Made by a program: the position numbers and the translations under genes. Shown here in pieces: positions 1 through 13,808 of a stretch of DNA of 64,000 nt (position 1 is its first letter; every line of letters starts with the position of its first letter). The notes under the pieces are model-generated. The model searched no databases. It was given only the letters and a program-made list of their open reading frames with translations, and had not been told where the DNA came from. Source of the stretch: Hyphochytrium catenoides (taxonomy: Eukaryota > Protista > Hyphochytriomycota); contig FLMG01000540.1 in assembly GCA_900088475.1 (NCBI GenBank), positions 124,765-188,764 of the forward strand. Direction: 5' to 3'.

Positions 1-213
1 GATTGCTGTTTGCCCGGATCAATGGAGCAATCTCTAGACGAATCCAAACGGATGTTGCGACTAGTCGGACATGAGGGACGCTATCTTTCCCTCTTCCTCT
101 TCGCGTCCTACGCTTTCCCTTATCCTCTCGCTGAGGCCCCCACCTCTTCTAACTCGCTGCGCTCAAGGATTAGAAGACGTATAATAATTTACTATTTATA
201 TATGCTGAAGACG

Positions 214-2168
214 TTAGAGAGGGGTATAGCTCGTCTTGGGCTCAAAGACAAAAGCTCTTCGCGGTTCGTAGGACGAGCCACTGCTCCCAATTGTACTCTG
301 ACTTAGAAGCGCAGCTTGAGGGGAATAGTCTTGTCCTTTCTCTTGAGAGTAGGGAGGAGAAGGAGGTCCTCCGCCATCATCTGAATCATAACGCAACGGA
401 TCATCGAACAATCCGCCGCCGTGGGTCCACCTACAAAAGCGGTTATTGTCAGTCTCTGGAGGCTCCGAGCGTAGCATAAGCAGGAGACTGGAAGTTACAG
501 ATAGCGACGTCGGCAATGTCAAGAAGAGTGGGATACAATGGCAAGTGGAGGCTGCTAAGGCGATTTCATTCTTTACCTTGGCTGGTCAGGGTTAGCCCGG
601 CCGCTTCTGTAGCCCAACGAATCCTTCTGGTTGTATCCCGTGGTGCCCTCGGCCGCTGATGTTCGATGAGAGTTAATCACCTCGAAGAGTCCATAGTTCG
701 GCAACCGCGTAGTCCCCGTAAGGGAAAGGCGCCTGCTATGGGCTAAGAAGAGGTAGTTGAGTTAGCCTCACCTATAGTCAGCTCAACAAGGGCTCTGACC
801 ACGAGAATAATGTTCCCCTCTGTAACTCACCTCCAACACCACCACTCTTGGAGGTTATCATAAGGAGCAGCAATAAGGTGGGAAACACCTCCCAGAAGAC
901 GTTGACGAAGAAGTCATATACCGTCACATCCTTGTCAGAGGTTAGCTGGATAAGGGGTACCAGCCACCATTGGAGCCCGCTGCCCAGGTCATAAATGGAC
1001 CGCGAGACAAAGAGACCGCAAAGAAAGGAGTTCAGTATTCCCAGAGTCTGGACGGTTAGGGCGAAGCAGCAGAGTGGATTGAGGTCAGCCATGATGTAGC
1101 ACATAGAGCCCACGTACTCTAGCGGGAAGGACTAGGGTCTATCCTAGTTAGGTCCTCTTTCTAATGTCATGCTTCTATCTCTATGACGCCTCTCTCAGGT
1201 TAGCTTCCGCTCTCATTGACTCTCCAAGTAAAGCTGAAAATCAAACCTACCCGAGGATTGGTTATGAGCATCCGCCTCTGCTGCCAGATCTCAAGCTGAT
1301 TAACCGGCAGACATAACAGTTAGATGCTTAGAGAGGCCAGGCAACTTATCACAACAGGCCAACGCAAAAGCTATTCAAGGTCCCCCATCTCACCTGAGAC
1401 ATGAGGTAGCCAAAGTAGCCAAAGAGAAAGCCTAGCGTTCCAAAAGATATGGCGGAGTATAATCGCTGTACAGACTGATTCGCCACCTTGACGTAGTACT
1501 GGTCCACCATGCTCTCAGCATTCACCAACTGGTTGTAGGAGAGGAATGCCCAGATCACGGTGAAGCATGTCATAGCAAGGGTGACCAGGAAGTACAGAGG
1601 CATGGCAATGTACCGCCAGCGGGTGCGCCAATCTCTACCAGAGAGAACCTGAATGTAGAAGAGCACCAGAAGGGAGAAGTTTGCAAACCTACAATTGGAA
1701 GATAAGAAGTTAGAGCACGCGGAGGTAATGCCTAGAAAGTAAATGGACGACAGGGGCCCACACACTTCCGAGGAAAAAGAGGGTAAGCGAAGATTTGAAG
1801 AGGTAGAATCTGCTGGTGCACGAATCGCCCTCTAGAGACTGTTGGCAAGAGATGATTAGGACTTGTGGCATGTCAAAGAAAGTTTTTAGAAAGTAGGGAA
1901 AGAGCGCGACGGCGTATACATACTGGATGGGGCTGGGAAACCAGTAGAGCAGGTAGAAAGTGAGGGCAGACCAAGGAGCGTCTGAAAAGATGCTGAGACT
2001 CCAGAAGATTATTCTGAAGACTGTCCAGAGGAAGCAGAGGACGTAGAACCAAGTAGACCAGCTCATTAGCTTGTTCTTGTTGCGGAAAGAGCTTGCGAGC
2101 TGGAAGATTAGGAATATCAACAGTGCGCAGTTGACGGTGAAGAGCGAGATTTTGAAGGGAATAGCCAT
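214..2168 (-). CDS. GPR137/TM7SF1-like (THH1/TOM1-type) multipass membrane protein, spliced
   Basis: Exons join as MAIPFKISLFTVNCALLIFLIFQL...YWFPSPIQ|FANFSLLVLFYIQ...; donor ca|gtatgt and acceptor tag|gttt are in phase. About 7 hydrophobic segments, a FWEVFPT motif, and a C-terminal LFDDPLRYDSDD resembling the GPR137 FDNPRRYDSDD motif. Confidence 0.75.
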
Positions 2169-3133
2169 CTCTCTCCTTCTTAGCGTTCTCCTTGCTGCCT
2201 CTTCTCGTCGTGTCTCAACTCCTCCTCCTCCCTCCTCTGCGATCACTCCGAAGTTCCTGCTTAACTTTCGGCCTCCTGTCTTCACCTGGAGCAATGAACT
2301 CAAAGCTGAAGGTGACGACGAGCACAGCTTTTAAGGCATGATAGGCCTCGAGAGGGTAACCTCCTTATGCGACGACGCTCCACCTCTCACTGCTGTCTAG
2401 GACGCAAGTCCAGGATTTCCGGCGCATCGTAGAGTGGAGCATGCACCGATAACGTCACGGAGGACAAGGGAAGGAGTGAATTCTCAAGTCGACCAGTGAG
2501 TTGTAGTGCACGAGATAAGGATGTCAGCCTGGTGCAGCTAGATCACTACCACGACTGTTGACCTAGCGAGACAGTGACGGCATGCTAGCGGGGCTGATAG
2601 CCACTGCTCTGCGCCGTCAGATGTCAGATGGCGTTACAACGCGAAGAGCCAAGAGAGAAAGAGAAGAAGGCCCTGCTGACGCCTCATCATAGGAAGGGAT
2701 GTTCCCTTCGTTCTACATCCTCCCACCTTCTATTCGGTCGTGAGATATGAGGGACATGCGGAATATTATTGGGTTCTAATGGTTCTAAGGAGCAGCTTCA
2801 ATCTTCGTAATGAACAGAAAGGCGGAGAACAATTGGGTGAGACTGAAGTGTTTAAGATCCGTAGGAAGTTGCGTAAGTGTGTGAGAGAGAGAGAGAGAAA
2901 GAGAGAAAACGAGGGAGACAGAGGGAGAGAGAGATGGACGAAGACGGAGGAAAGTTGTGAACAGCTGTCTGGCGATCGATAAAGCCCTTCGTCGACAGCG
3001 CTTGGGACGGTCAATGTAAGTGGTTACTGAAGGAGGATAAGCTTTCTGTTGATGAGAGACAGTTTGCAGTTCTGTGAGCTATGAATGCCTCTTTATTCTT
3101 CGACGTTTCCTCAGCTTCTTTCCTCTATCCTCT

Positions 3134-5744
3134 TTAGCGCATTCCCGGACGGCTGGTGCGCTCTCTGGGTGCTGACTTGACGATGTCATCCACACGCAGA
3201 ATCATTTCTGCTGCCTCTGCCGCGGAGTTCAGCACGCACAGTTTGCTCTTGAAGGACTCTCTGATGCCCAGAGCCTTCATATCACCGACCTTTCCTTCCA
3301 TCATATCAAGTCCTGCGGTCTTGCTACCCGCGTGGTGCGCAGCACGAAGCTGACTGACCAGCTCAGAGCTGTCAAAGCCTCCATTATCGGCTATGATTGT
3401 CGGTAACTGCCGCAGAGCTCGGGCGAATGCCTGCAGGTACATAACTGTCAGAGGTGTGGCTTCTAGGTGCCCCGATAACATACTGACGCAAACGAGGCAG
3501 ATGGCGAAGCAGTAGTCAAACGGGCAAAGGTTAAGAGGAGTAGGCTCCGCCTCAAACGTTCGGTACGAAGACAAGTGAGGCTGAGGAAGAGAAACCGAAG
3601 CAGCTCTCCAGAATATGCATCACCTCCATAGCAAGGGCCTTCTTGCCAGGCACACTAGGCACAGCGCGGTCGATGGCTTCAGCCATGAGCACCTCGGTAC
3701 AACCTCCTCCATAGACTATCCTGGTCTCCTTCACAGTGTTAACTAGCACGCAAAGAGCATCATGTAGAGAGCGCTCTGCCTCGTCCAGCACGTGCTCACT
3801 GGCGCCCCTCAGGACAATGGTACAAGCTTCTCCTGCCTTGCATCCCGAGAAGCGGATGAGTCTGTCCTCACCAATCATAATCTCTTCAATAAGCTTGCAC
3901 TCCCCTAGTTTTACCAACTCGGGGTGATCAAAGGTGGAGGTGATCTCACCTGTCCCAAGGTTGGAGAGAGATACTCAGTGAGCAAACGTAGCGGTCTCCA
4001 AGGCCGTGCCTTGTGCCTGCTATAAGGACTTACCTCCCGTCACCGCGGAAAGTCTCTCGATTCCATCGAAATCGGCATGCTCGATAGCGGCGATCCCATA
4101 ATCAGCAAAAATCTAACAGACAAGAACTGGTGTAAGGAAGTAGCAGCCCTACGTGGCCGTTGTTCTCTTCTAGACTATTAGTCCCGCTTACCCCACACGC
4201 TTCCATCTTGCATGGGTCCATCTTACATGGGATGTCACCTTTCCCTTTTATCTCTGCAGATAGCTCAGTGCACCCATCTCTCTTTAAGCCATTCTTTTTA
4301 TCCCCATTACTTATGCGGGAATCAGTCCTTCCTCTCTACTTCACACGCACCTGCTCTGGGAAATTGTAGATGAGCTGTCTGTTCACGAAGCAATTGATGC
4401 CGTGGTCAATAATCTTCTGGACCTTGGCTCTCATCTTCTTCCTCTCTGCCTCCTCAATCTCAGCAACTTTGTTCATGGAGTCCACGCGGACGCGAGAGCC
4501 ATAGATTTTGATCTTGTCTGCGTCCATCGCCGTGTTGGCAATCAGAATCTTAGCATTCTCAATCCTCTTGGGCTGGCCAACGCCGAACTTCTTGTCGAGA
4601 ATAAACCCTTCCTCCAGATACGAGTCTCGCATCGACCCGCCTGCCTTCTTTATGACTTGAATGTGGTCCAGGTTGCCGCTACCTTGGAGACGGAGTACAG
4701 CGTCTACTGCCAGTGCAGCTGGAAACCGAGCAAACGTAAGAGAAAGGAAGAAAAAGATGCACATGGACAGGAAGAATTAGCGACATCTAGGTTGAATGAG
4801 GGGAATGACTTCGGGATCTGGCCATACCAAAGTGGTCCTTCTCGTGTACCAAGAGCTTTGAGCTCAATGTCGTCTTTGCGATATTGAGAAGATCCTCCTT
4901 GAACTTCTCTTTGTCTTCCTGTATAACGAAGAGGCCAAAGGCATAAGAAATGAGCGACTAGCGGCTAGCAGCTAAGCCACTCAGGAGAGCGGGAAAGAAA
5001 TGTTTACAGAATGATCTTCCGCCGAGTCCTGAAGGGCTTGTCTGGCAATCTTTGCGGCAATTCTCCATCCTGTCCAGATGGATATAAGAACAGCTCAGGA
5101 CAAAGTCTATCCGTACCGAGAGAACCGCAGCCAAACAGAAAAGGAGCAGCTATTTACATCTTTGGGACTAGGTGCTCTTACCTTCAATGATGGTCTGAGG
5201 GTGGACTCTCTGATCGACCAGCTTCTCAGCCTCCCTTAGAAGCTCTCCGCACAGAACTGTCACACTAGTGGTCCCGTCTCCTACTTCATCATCTTGAGTT
5301 TTGGCTATGTCGACTAGCACCCGAGCTGCAGCGTTGTCAATATTAACAGCTTTAAGGATGGTAGCCCCATCGTTTGTCACTGTGATCTTGTTATTTCTAT
5401 CTCCAATCTGCAAATCGAGTGTCAGGTATAACATTCCGATAGCTCAGTTCAAGGAGGCTACACTGACCGACTGAAGGATCTTGTCCATCCCTTTAGGACC
5501 CAAGGTTGATTTGACTAGATCAGCTATGGCAATGGCTCCGACGAATGAGGTTAGCCGGGCATTCTCACCCTGCGTAGCATGTCAGTACTTGCAGGTATGA
5601 TATCTAATCACACATTCCTTACCTTCTCTAACTGAGTGTTATGCTTGAAGACAGGCTGCAGCGGGGGACGAGGTAGGAAGGATAAGCATTTATAAGATCC
5701 TTCACATCAGGTGCCTATTACGGGAAAAAACCTACCAGCGCCAT
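3134..5744 (-). CDS. CCT2: T-complex protein 1 subunit beta (CCT chaperonin), spliced
   Basis: Motifs [88 protein letters not shown]; ATG GCG CTG|gtagg first exon at 5744. Confidence 0.96.
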
Positions 5745-6329
5745 GGTGCCAGAAGAGCTCTTCTGAAGAACTTAGTTCTTGCTATGTTGTTTAGTCCGTG
5801 GTGTACCTAACGTTTATGTCACAGGGCAAGAAAGGGCAATCACAAGCCCGACGGTTGGCTATCTCTCGGTCAATGAGTCAATGCATCTGCATCTTCGTCA
5901 GGATCAACACCAATCTGCGGATGGAAGGTGAAGCTTCGTCTTTTCCGTAAAGATTCTCAGCGTTAGCGGCTCACAAGATAATGAGCGGGTGAGGAAGGTG
6001 CGCAATCTTCCAGAGGATGGGTGGGGAGATAAATGGACAACTCGTATAACCTAAGGCCTAGATGGGTAGGAGACACGTTCCGAAAGCTTCAATATTTCCC
6101 TCATATCCGAAAGGTTTCGGAAACTTAGGAAAGTTTCTCAATCATCGCTGCTGGTCTATGGCGGAGATTGGCTGGAGGCTCAGAAAAGTGGCTTTTTAGC
6201 CGAAAGTCGGAGATTGCAGAGATTGACTGACAGAGTTTTGAGATTTCTCTTTGCTCTTCAGACGCCTTTACTGGCCGTGGTGGGATACTCGTGATCACGT
6301 GTGGGGTTGCAGATCGCGAGGACGGAAGG

Positions 6330-7632
6330 ATGTTTACGCTACGTTTACTTGCGCGACCCGGCTTACGGGCTTTGACGGCCAGCAGATGTATTCCTAGCGA
6401 GTGCATTGCTCCGGTTGTATCCATGCAGCATAGAAATATTATATCAAATGCTGACTACCCAGAGGGCAAGGTCTATGTGGATATGATGTCACACTTGGTA
6501 AAGCAAAAGAAGAAAGAGAAGGGTCCAACAGCAAATTTCCCAGAAGGTGTTGAGATTGATAAGGAGGTAGGCACCTCTTTGGCTCTCCAACATACGAACA
6601 TCTTTCCCTAATGCTGTCACCCTAATGCTGTCACAGTTGTTTGACACACTGCCAGTACTTAAAGCCACCGCTAGACACAAGCTTAAAAAGTACGCTACCG
6701 CCAAGTTGCGGGAGGAAGGCCTGATGCCTGGAGTTATTACCGGCCTTGGAGATAACGGCCGCCGGACCATACAGAATATTACCCTTAGTTTTATTGAGTT
6801 CCAGAAGCTGATGAGGAGGAGCGGCAAGTCATTGTACGCTACACTCATCGCCCTCGAGGTGCATGGCAAGACTGAGCTGGTTCTTGTCCGAGAGATCTAC
6901 TATGAACCAGGTAATGCCCGAACCGCCACCCTATTCGTCTCTCTCCACTCTCCTTCTCGAGCTACCCCTCGCATCTACTGGCATTGGCAAATGTAATGCA
7001 GTCCTTAGTGTCGCTATCGTCGCCCTCTGTCAGTCGGAAACTTATCCCATTGCTGCTCCCCTCCATAGTGCGTTTAAACCCAAACTCGGTCACGTTCGTT
7101 CGGTTTAATAGCAAGAAGCCCATTCCTATTCCTCTTGAGATCACGAATGAAGATGCATCACCAGCGATCAAGCGTGGCGGTTATATGAACTTCGTTGTCC
7201 CCAAGATAGCCTGCAAAGTTGAAGGGTTCAACATTCCAAAGACCTTGGACATCAACGTCGCGGGCAAAGAAATGAATACAAGGGTAAGCAACAGGTCGCA
7301 TTGAATTCTTGAGCATGAGAGTGTTGAGGACTTGGAGCTTCCGTGACCCTCGCGTATTGATGTCGCCTCTCTGCTGTCTCTCTCGCTACCATAAAGCTCC
7401 TACCAGTCCTAGTCCTGGTGTCTCATCGCATGTCCTCTTCCAATCAAAGAGATGAACTAAGCAACGGCGTTTGTGTGTCCTTATTTTGCTCTCCATTTAG
7501 ATCTATCTCAAGGATCTTGACATTCCTCCCAACGTACATCCTCTCGAACGGTACGAGGGTAAAGTTCTTGCAAAGGTAACTGGTAGCAGACGGTTGAAAG
7601 TCCAGGAAGAACCCTCCGGCGGGGCTTCCTGA
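6330..7632 (+). CDS. Mitochondrial ribosomal protein bL25 (Ctc-type, 5S rRNA-binding), 4 exons
   Basis: Arg/Leu-rich presequence MFTLRLLARPGLRALTASRC; LKATAR...AKLREEGLMPGVI; VLVREIYYEP; IPIPLEITNEDASPAIKRGG...IPKTLDINV; last exon IYLKDLDIPPNV starts at 7501, TGA at 7630-7632. Confidence 0.85.
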
Positions 7633-7929
7633 GAGTGAGGGGAAGACGAAAGAGAACAGACAGGATCCTTGAAGAGCGATACCATTGGAGAGGACAAGGG
7701 GATAGTGGCACTAGCCTATCTCAACCCTTCAAGTGTTTCTTCGCCTTTAGAGGAATCGTATCCTGCTTATTTAAAGCTATTATCGGACATCAATGGATGT
7801 CCTTCTGCCATGATCCGCGGCACTGTTATTGATATGGTCCATGTCACAACTTCCTTGTCAATTATTATTCAGCACAGACAAGGAGAATGAGAGATAGCAC
7901 AAGCAGTGGCGGTATGATTGTGGGTCGCC

Positions 7930-10900
7930 TTATATCTCAATATCCTTCTGAACCGGCTTTCGCATGTGCCGCATCGTAGAGCCGGCTTCTTGTGGACGGA
8001 AAGGTGCCTGTGCTCCGTAAGGCTTTGGAATGCCAAGCTCGTCGCTCACATAAGCAGATGGTCTTGCCTCTGCCGTAGTTTTTACGTTGTACTTGCCAAC
8101 GTAGCGATGGCTGATATGGGAAGAGGGATTCGTAGGAGACGGGGAGTTAGAACTAATAGGGATGAGATCGAGAGTATTATTGGAGATAGAACTTTTAGGA
8201 CTGTTGTTACCTGTTCTCAGAAGAGATATTTGTGCCCTGTCCTCGGTGTTTCTCCCGCTGTAGGCGATGCCATTCCTGCTCGGCCTCCGCTGTCGGCACC
8301 TCACCCTGGGCCAGCTTGTCCTTTGCCTGCTGATGCTCATCCCTCACTCTATGGCACTGCTTCTCCAGCTTGACTACGATGGCCTGAACGAGGAGACAAG
8401 GGCATGGAGGGCCACGCAGCATGAAGGCATTGCACGCAGTTGGTCACATCTTGAGAATAAGCTTGCACTAAGGGCGAAGGAAGGCCTACCTGAAACATCG
8501 AGAGCTCGGAGACATGGGCCATGGTTTTTCTGTTGATTTCCTTGATTCGTGCCTGTAGGTCATTCACCTTACGTGCTGCTTCCAGGTTGGCGTCCCTCGA
8601 GCTCTTAGCCTGAGCTTTCAGTTCCTCTATTTGGGCCGTAACCTAAGGGTGATCATCCAAAGTCGGTTATTCCAATGGGAGAGGAATACTTGCTTGGAGG
8701 GAAAGGAAACAATTCATAATCGTAGAGGAGGCGGATCAATGAGGATCGGAAAGATATGGAGCAGGCGACAGATGGATGAGGCGTACGAGCTCTTAGTAGA
8801 GCATAAGGCGTCTGGAAGAGAGCAGGGATAACACTTGCGAGGTGAGAAGCGTAAGGGGTTATGAACTCCATTCTGCTGCAGGTGAGGGGAAGGCAGCTTA
8901 TCATGAACGTGAAGAATAGTTCAGGCGTAAGTTTGACTAAGAGATAAATAAAGCGAGAGCTGAAGTGTAGACTGTCACCTCCTCCAATATTAGCTCTTTA
9001 GCAATGAGGTGATCCTTTCTGTATGTCAACCTCTCCTCCAGCACTTGGAGCTTGCTGCTCAGCTGGAGACTGTCCGGATCTTGGCCCTAAGAGGCACAGG
9101 ACAGGTACAAAACTGTGTCATGCTTGGCAACTAAGCGAAGGGATCGCGGCAAAGGCTTACCTCTAGAGTCTTCCATCGATCTGAGAGGCTGGGATTCTCA
9201 ATCAAACTGCACAGACTCTCGGAGGTCTTTTGTTCTTCTTCAAGCTCCTGGAGTCATACCCCGTAAGCGCATTCCTTCCTTCCTCAATCATCAAGCTGCA
9301 TAACTCTGACTGCTTCCTGCCACCTCTCAGATCTGGGGTCGAGGTCCCTCTACACATCACTCGTACCCTCTCTAACTCCATCATCTGTCTACTCCACCCT
9401 CCAGTATCAGCCTTCTTGCCTGCGGGTTTATGTCTATCTGTGCGGACATTTTTGCCGTCTCTATGGACCTAGTTTTAGCCTCTCACCCAATGCTTCACTA
9501 CTGGGACCGATGCTTCTTATAGATCAGCCTCTCTTCCATTCCATTGAGAGGACTTCTCTTATTCTTACCTTTGTCAGTTTGAGGATTTGCTCAACATACT
9601 GAGGTGCCCGAGGGATTTTCTTGCGCAAGACTTCCAGGCGTCTCTTCAACTCCATCAGCTCAGTATGCAATCTCCTGATGTCAGCCTCTCTTTCCTTGAG
9701 GAGCAGCTCACCTTCCTTTAGGCGAATTTCATAGAGATTACTCTTCTCGTAGAGAATACAGAGCTCGTCATTGCGAGCTATAAGCTGTATGCCAATCTGG
9801 TTGCGGGCATCAACGGCCATTTCGAACTAGATGGAAGAGGGTGCGAAAGAAGAGTTAAGGATTAGCCTCATAAGCGGCCTCCAAGCCCTTTTGCTCTTCG
9901 TTGTCTTGGGTTTAACCTTGCATGTCGAGCGCCTAATGTACCCTTTGCCCTAGTCCCATCGCTAATACTCCCTTCTTCATACGTAAGACTCTAGTTCCCG
10001 TCTTTTCTCTTCAGCCTAGACAATCTCTTACCTCTTTCTTGAGCTTCATCATGTCCTTCTCCAAATTGTTGATTATTGAGTTATGCTTGTCAATCTCCAT
10101 AATCTGTTGCTCTACCAGCTCCTGCTTCTGCCGATAGCTGTCCTGGAACCGGTTCATCTCCGTTCTCAAGTAATCTCGCTTATTAACAGACAGCTGGTGA
10201 GCCAATTGCTCCTTCGTAATGAGCCTGACCTTTGACTGGCTCTCGTTCCGTAAAATTTCTACTTCGTTCATCAGAATCTGGATCTTCTCCTTCATCTCTG
10301 CTAACACCTGTGTGCTGATCTGAAGACGACGACAGCGAGGAATAAGGGAAGTAGCTGAGATGATATTTGGAGACCAAACGAATCATAGGAAGAGGCAATA
10401 GTAGTCACTTCCCGCTCTCCCGCTCTTGCCTGAAATAGCTACTTCCAAAAAAGGCCTGAAGTCCACCTTACCTGTATAAGATTGACATACTTGTTCCGCT
10501 CAGACTTCACGACATCGTACAGAGCTGAATACTCCTTCAAGCGATTGTTGGCATCATTGCACCTGGCGAAAAGAAAAAGCACAAGGAGCGAACAAAAGAA
10601 AATAAGTGAGAAACGCAGGGTGTCGGCTAACGGCGAAAGAGGTCACTGGGCGGTTGTGCCGGACGTGGGTTTTAACACGGATGAGGGTAGGTAACAGAGA
10701 ACCCAGCTCACCTCTTTGTCAAGTCAATAACTTCGAGCTCCTTGATTTTCACCTGCTCACGAGTCTCCTGCCCGTTAAGTTGCGCTTTGGAGCACTCCCG
10801 AGCCTTGATCTCTCTCTGTAAATGGAGGATGCTGTAGGATACCTGCAGAAAATATACTGAATGATAGCCTTTCACACTCACCTGGGCACTCAGTGTAGCT

Positions 10901-13045
10901 ATTAGCTTTCTCTGTTTCAGCTCCTCCGCTATCCAGAGCGCTAGCTCTTCTTCTAATGTTCTAACATCCTTAGTTAAGCGTTCCAAGCGTTCCTGGAAAC
11001 AAGCAAGACGGGAGGGCGCACGCGGGTTCATGAAGAGGTGAATGAAGCTGCATTTGGGAAGATGTCTCTAGGCAAAACAAGCACCTTTTGAGCCTCCTCC
11101 AAATTTTCCTGTTTAAGAAATTTGGCGAGAAATAGGGCAATCTGCTGCTTAATTTCTTCGAGCTTAACTTTGGACAGAGCATTATCCCTCTGCAATAGCT
11201 CGAGCTGCTTCTTGGTATCAGTCACCTAACATAGTCACAGAGCGTTACTACAGGCTTTCGACCACTGAGCCAGAGCGTCATTGAGCTCGAGGCCTGCAAT
11301 ATATCGGGGTTTGCGAAGGCCTAGCGTGTGTATCATCAGACAAGCTACCTGCGCTTTGAGGTTAGGAAGGACCATCTTGGCCTGATCAACCATGATCTGT
11401 TTCCTTTTGTACGCTTTCTTCAACCTGTCGAATTCCTGGGTAGAGAATGCTTAGTCTAAAGGAAGAGCAGCGTGTGTCTCCACTCTCTTCCACCATGTTC
11501 CTTGTCAACTATTTGCTACTAAGGTCCTCTATCTTCCATTCACAAGCTTCATGGTTCATTACCTTGGTGGCATTGAGCAGGCGCTCGTTCTCGAACTTGA
11601 ACAGATCACGAGCTGCCTCCTGATGAAGCTCCAGCTCAACTCTTCGTGTGATCTATTACACTTGAGAGGTCAGTCTTGCTCTAGGATAATGGCAAGGAGA
11701 TCAATAGAAGGTGCGAGGTGACGACGGGCTGATGGGGTTTAGAGGGCCAGCAGTCTCCATGCCCATACCAGCTGATGGTGTTCCATCTTTTCCAGTTCCA
11801 GAGCCTTCGCTAGCTCTTCATGCTCGGCCTCCTTTTGATCAATCGTCTCTGCATTGGTGGTCACCCGATAGTTCAGCTCCTTTGCGGCTTCCTGAAGTCC
11901 ATGAATTTATCAGGAAGCCATTGGGGCAAGCAGCAACCTTATACGAAGGAAGGGAAAACTAGCTGACCTCTGCCGCTTGAGCTTTTTGTAGACTACTGGT
12001 TAAATCCAAATCTATCTCCGCAGTTCGCTCTAGGAGCCGACGCAAGTCATTCTTGGAGCTGTCTACAGCCTTTTGCACGACGTCTGCCTGCTTTCTCAGC
12101 CGCTCGGGATCACCTTTCACCTGGTTCTGATGTCAAATGCAGGCAGATTGCGGAGTACTCTTTACTATGAGACACGCAGACCTTATTTAGATGAAGCTTT
12201 TTTTCTTCCAAAAGTTTCTCCAACTCAGCAGTCTTTGACAGTATCCCCAGTTGACGCGCTAGAAGATCCTCCCTGCGTTTGGTCTCCTCCTTCACAGGGC
12301 CAAGAATAATAAGAGTAAACGAGCGAAATATCACCAAAGGCAGAATAGCACTTGAGCCAACCTTCAAGGAAAGGTCAATCCGCTGGTCTTCTTCTTCCTG
12401 AGCTTTAATTGCGGCCTGTACTCGTTGAAATTCAGGTCCAACTATAGATTCATTCTCCTTTAGCAGTTCCTGCAGGAGTAAGTCTGCGGCGTCAGCCTCT
12501 GCCCCTACTTGCCTGTGACTCACTTCTTGAGCATCTCACCTGGTGCTGCCGCTCGTAGTCCTGCTTGGCCTTTTCAAGTTCTATGAGCTCCACCGCTAGG
12601 GTGGAATCTCTTTCATCACTCTCACGAAGATTCCTCAGCCCTAAGTTACGTTGCTACCAATCTTGTGAGGGTGCTGCCACAATCTGCATTCACAAACAAC
12701 TCTGACCTGCTCTAAGGCACTCGTCTGGGCCGCGCGCTCCGACCTCGCGATACTCTCCTTTTCGGAGGTTATCTTTANNNNNNNNNNNNNNNNNNNNNNN
12801 NNNNNNNNNNNNNNNNNNNNNNNNNNNNNNNNNNNNNNNNNNNTATAGAGCTGCGAAAACTTGCTCTTATAGACCTCTATGGCAGACTTTGAGATATCCC
12901 CTGACTCGGAGAGCTGTTCCAATATTCGGAAGGCTGCCGTGTTCGTGATGGAAGGGCCAGACTTGTCTTCAGGCCCTGAAGCGTCATTTTTTCCATGGCC
13001 GTCATCCGCCACTTCACGCGGTCTCCCTAGAGGTGGAACCACCAT
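7930..13045 (-). CDS. CCDC146: Coiled-coil domain-containing protein 146 (MBO2-like flagellar protein), many exons, includes an N gap
   Basis: [21 protein letters not shown] and the C-terminus [49 protein letters not shown] match the family. Start codon is approximate. Confidence 0.9.
12778..12843. other. Assembly gap (others at 21089-21169 and 45753-45805)
   Basis: Runs of N. Confidence 1.
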
Positions 13046-13808
13046 TTGTCCTGCGGCCTTGACCCTCCTTTCTTCTTGGCTTCTGATATCTCTTACGTAG
13101 ATGGCGGGCAGCCCCGGAGCCCATAGGCTAATCCTGCAGACAGCATGGCTTTGGTATGCCTCTGTCTCCAGGTGGCTAATAGGTATTGAAAGTGCAAGTC
13201 TCGACAGCTGATCACTTGCTGCCTCTAAACCCTTCGCTAATTAGTGCACATGAATGGGTAGAACGATGGCGGTCAGTCATGGGGCAGACAATCTCAGATA
13301 ATAGCCATCAGAAGATGGAGGCAGACAGAGCTTCCGCACCATCTAATGCCAGACAAGAACGAAGCTCTCTTTGGAATAACAGAGCTTTTTGTCTGTAACG
13401 CCAATAGATTTCATGCAAAATAAGCTGAAAACATGGCAAAGTATTCTTCGCGCCAAAGAGCTCATGTTTGGCGCCACTTGGTTGCTACAGTACAAGGCGA
13501 AGGTAGAACTGTGTAAGGGCAAGTTGGTCATGTTGCTTGAGACGAAAGTGTATGCAGCTTCAGATGCATCGCACGTCTTCCATGAGAGCAAGCACTTCCT
13601 CAGGTCCATCCTTTAGTCAATGAAGCTCTCGGCGGTTGATAAGTGCACTCACCTTTTGAAGTAAAAGTTTCCGGTTTCAAAGTTGGTCATGCTAGACTGA
13701 CTGTGGATGGGCTTATCTCAGGCACGTGAAAAGCCTTGGGCTAGCTAGTCCTTGTTCAGAGTGAGGATTGACTCTTGGGAAGATCATCAACTGTTCGAGC
13801 GCAAAAGA

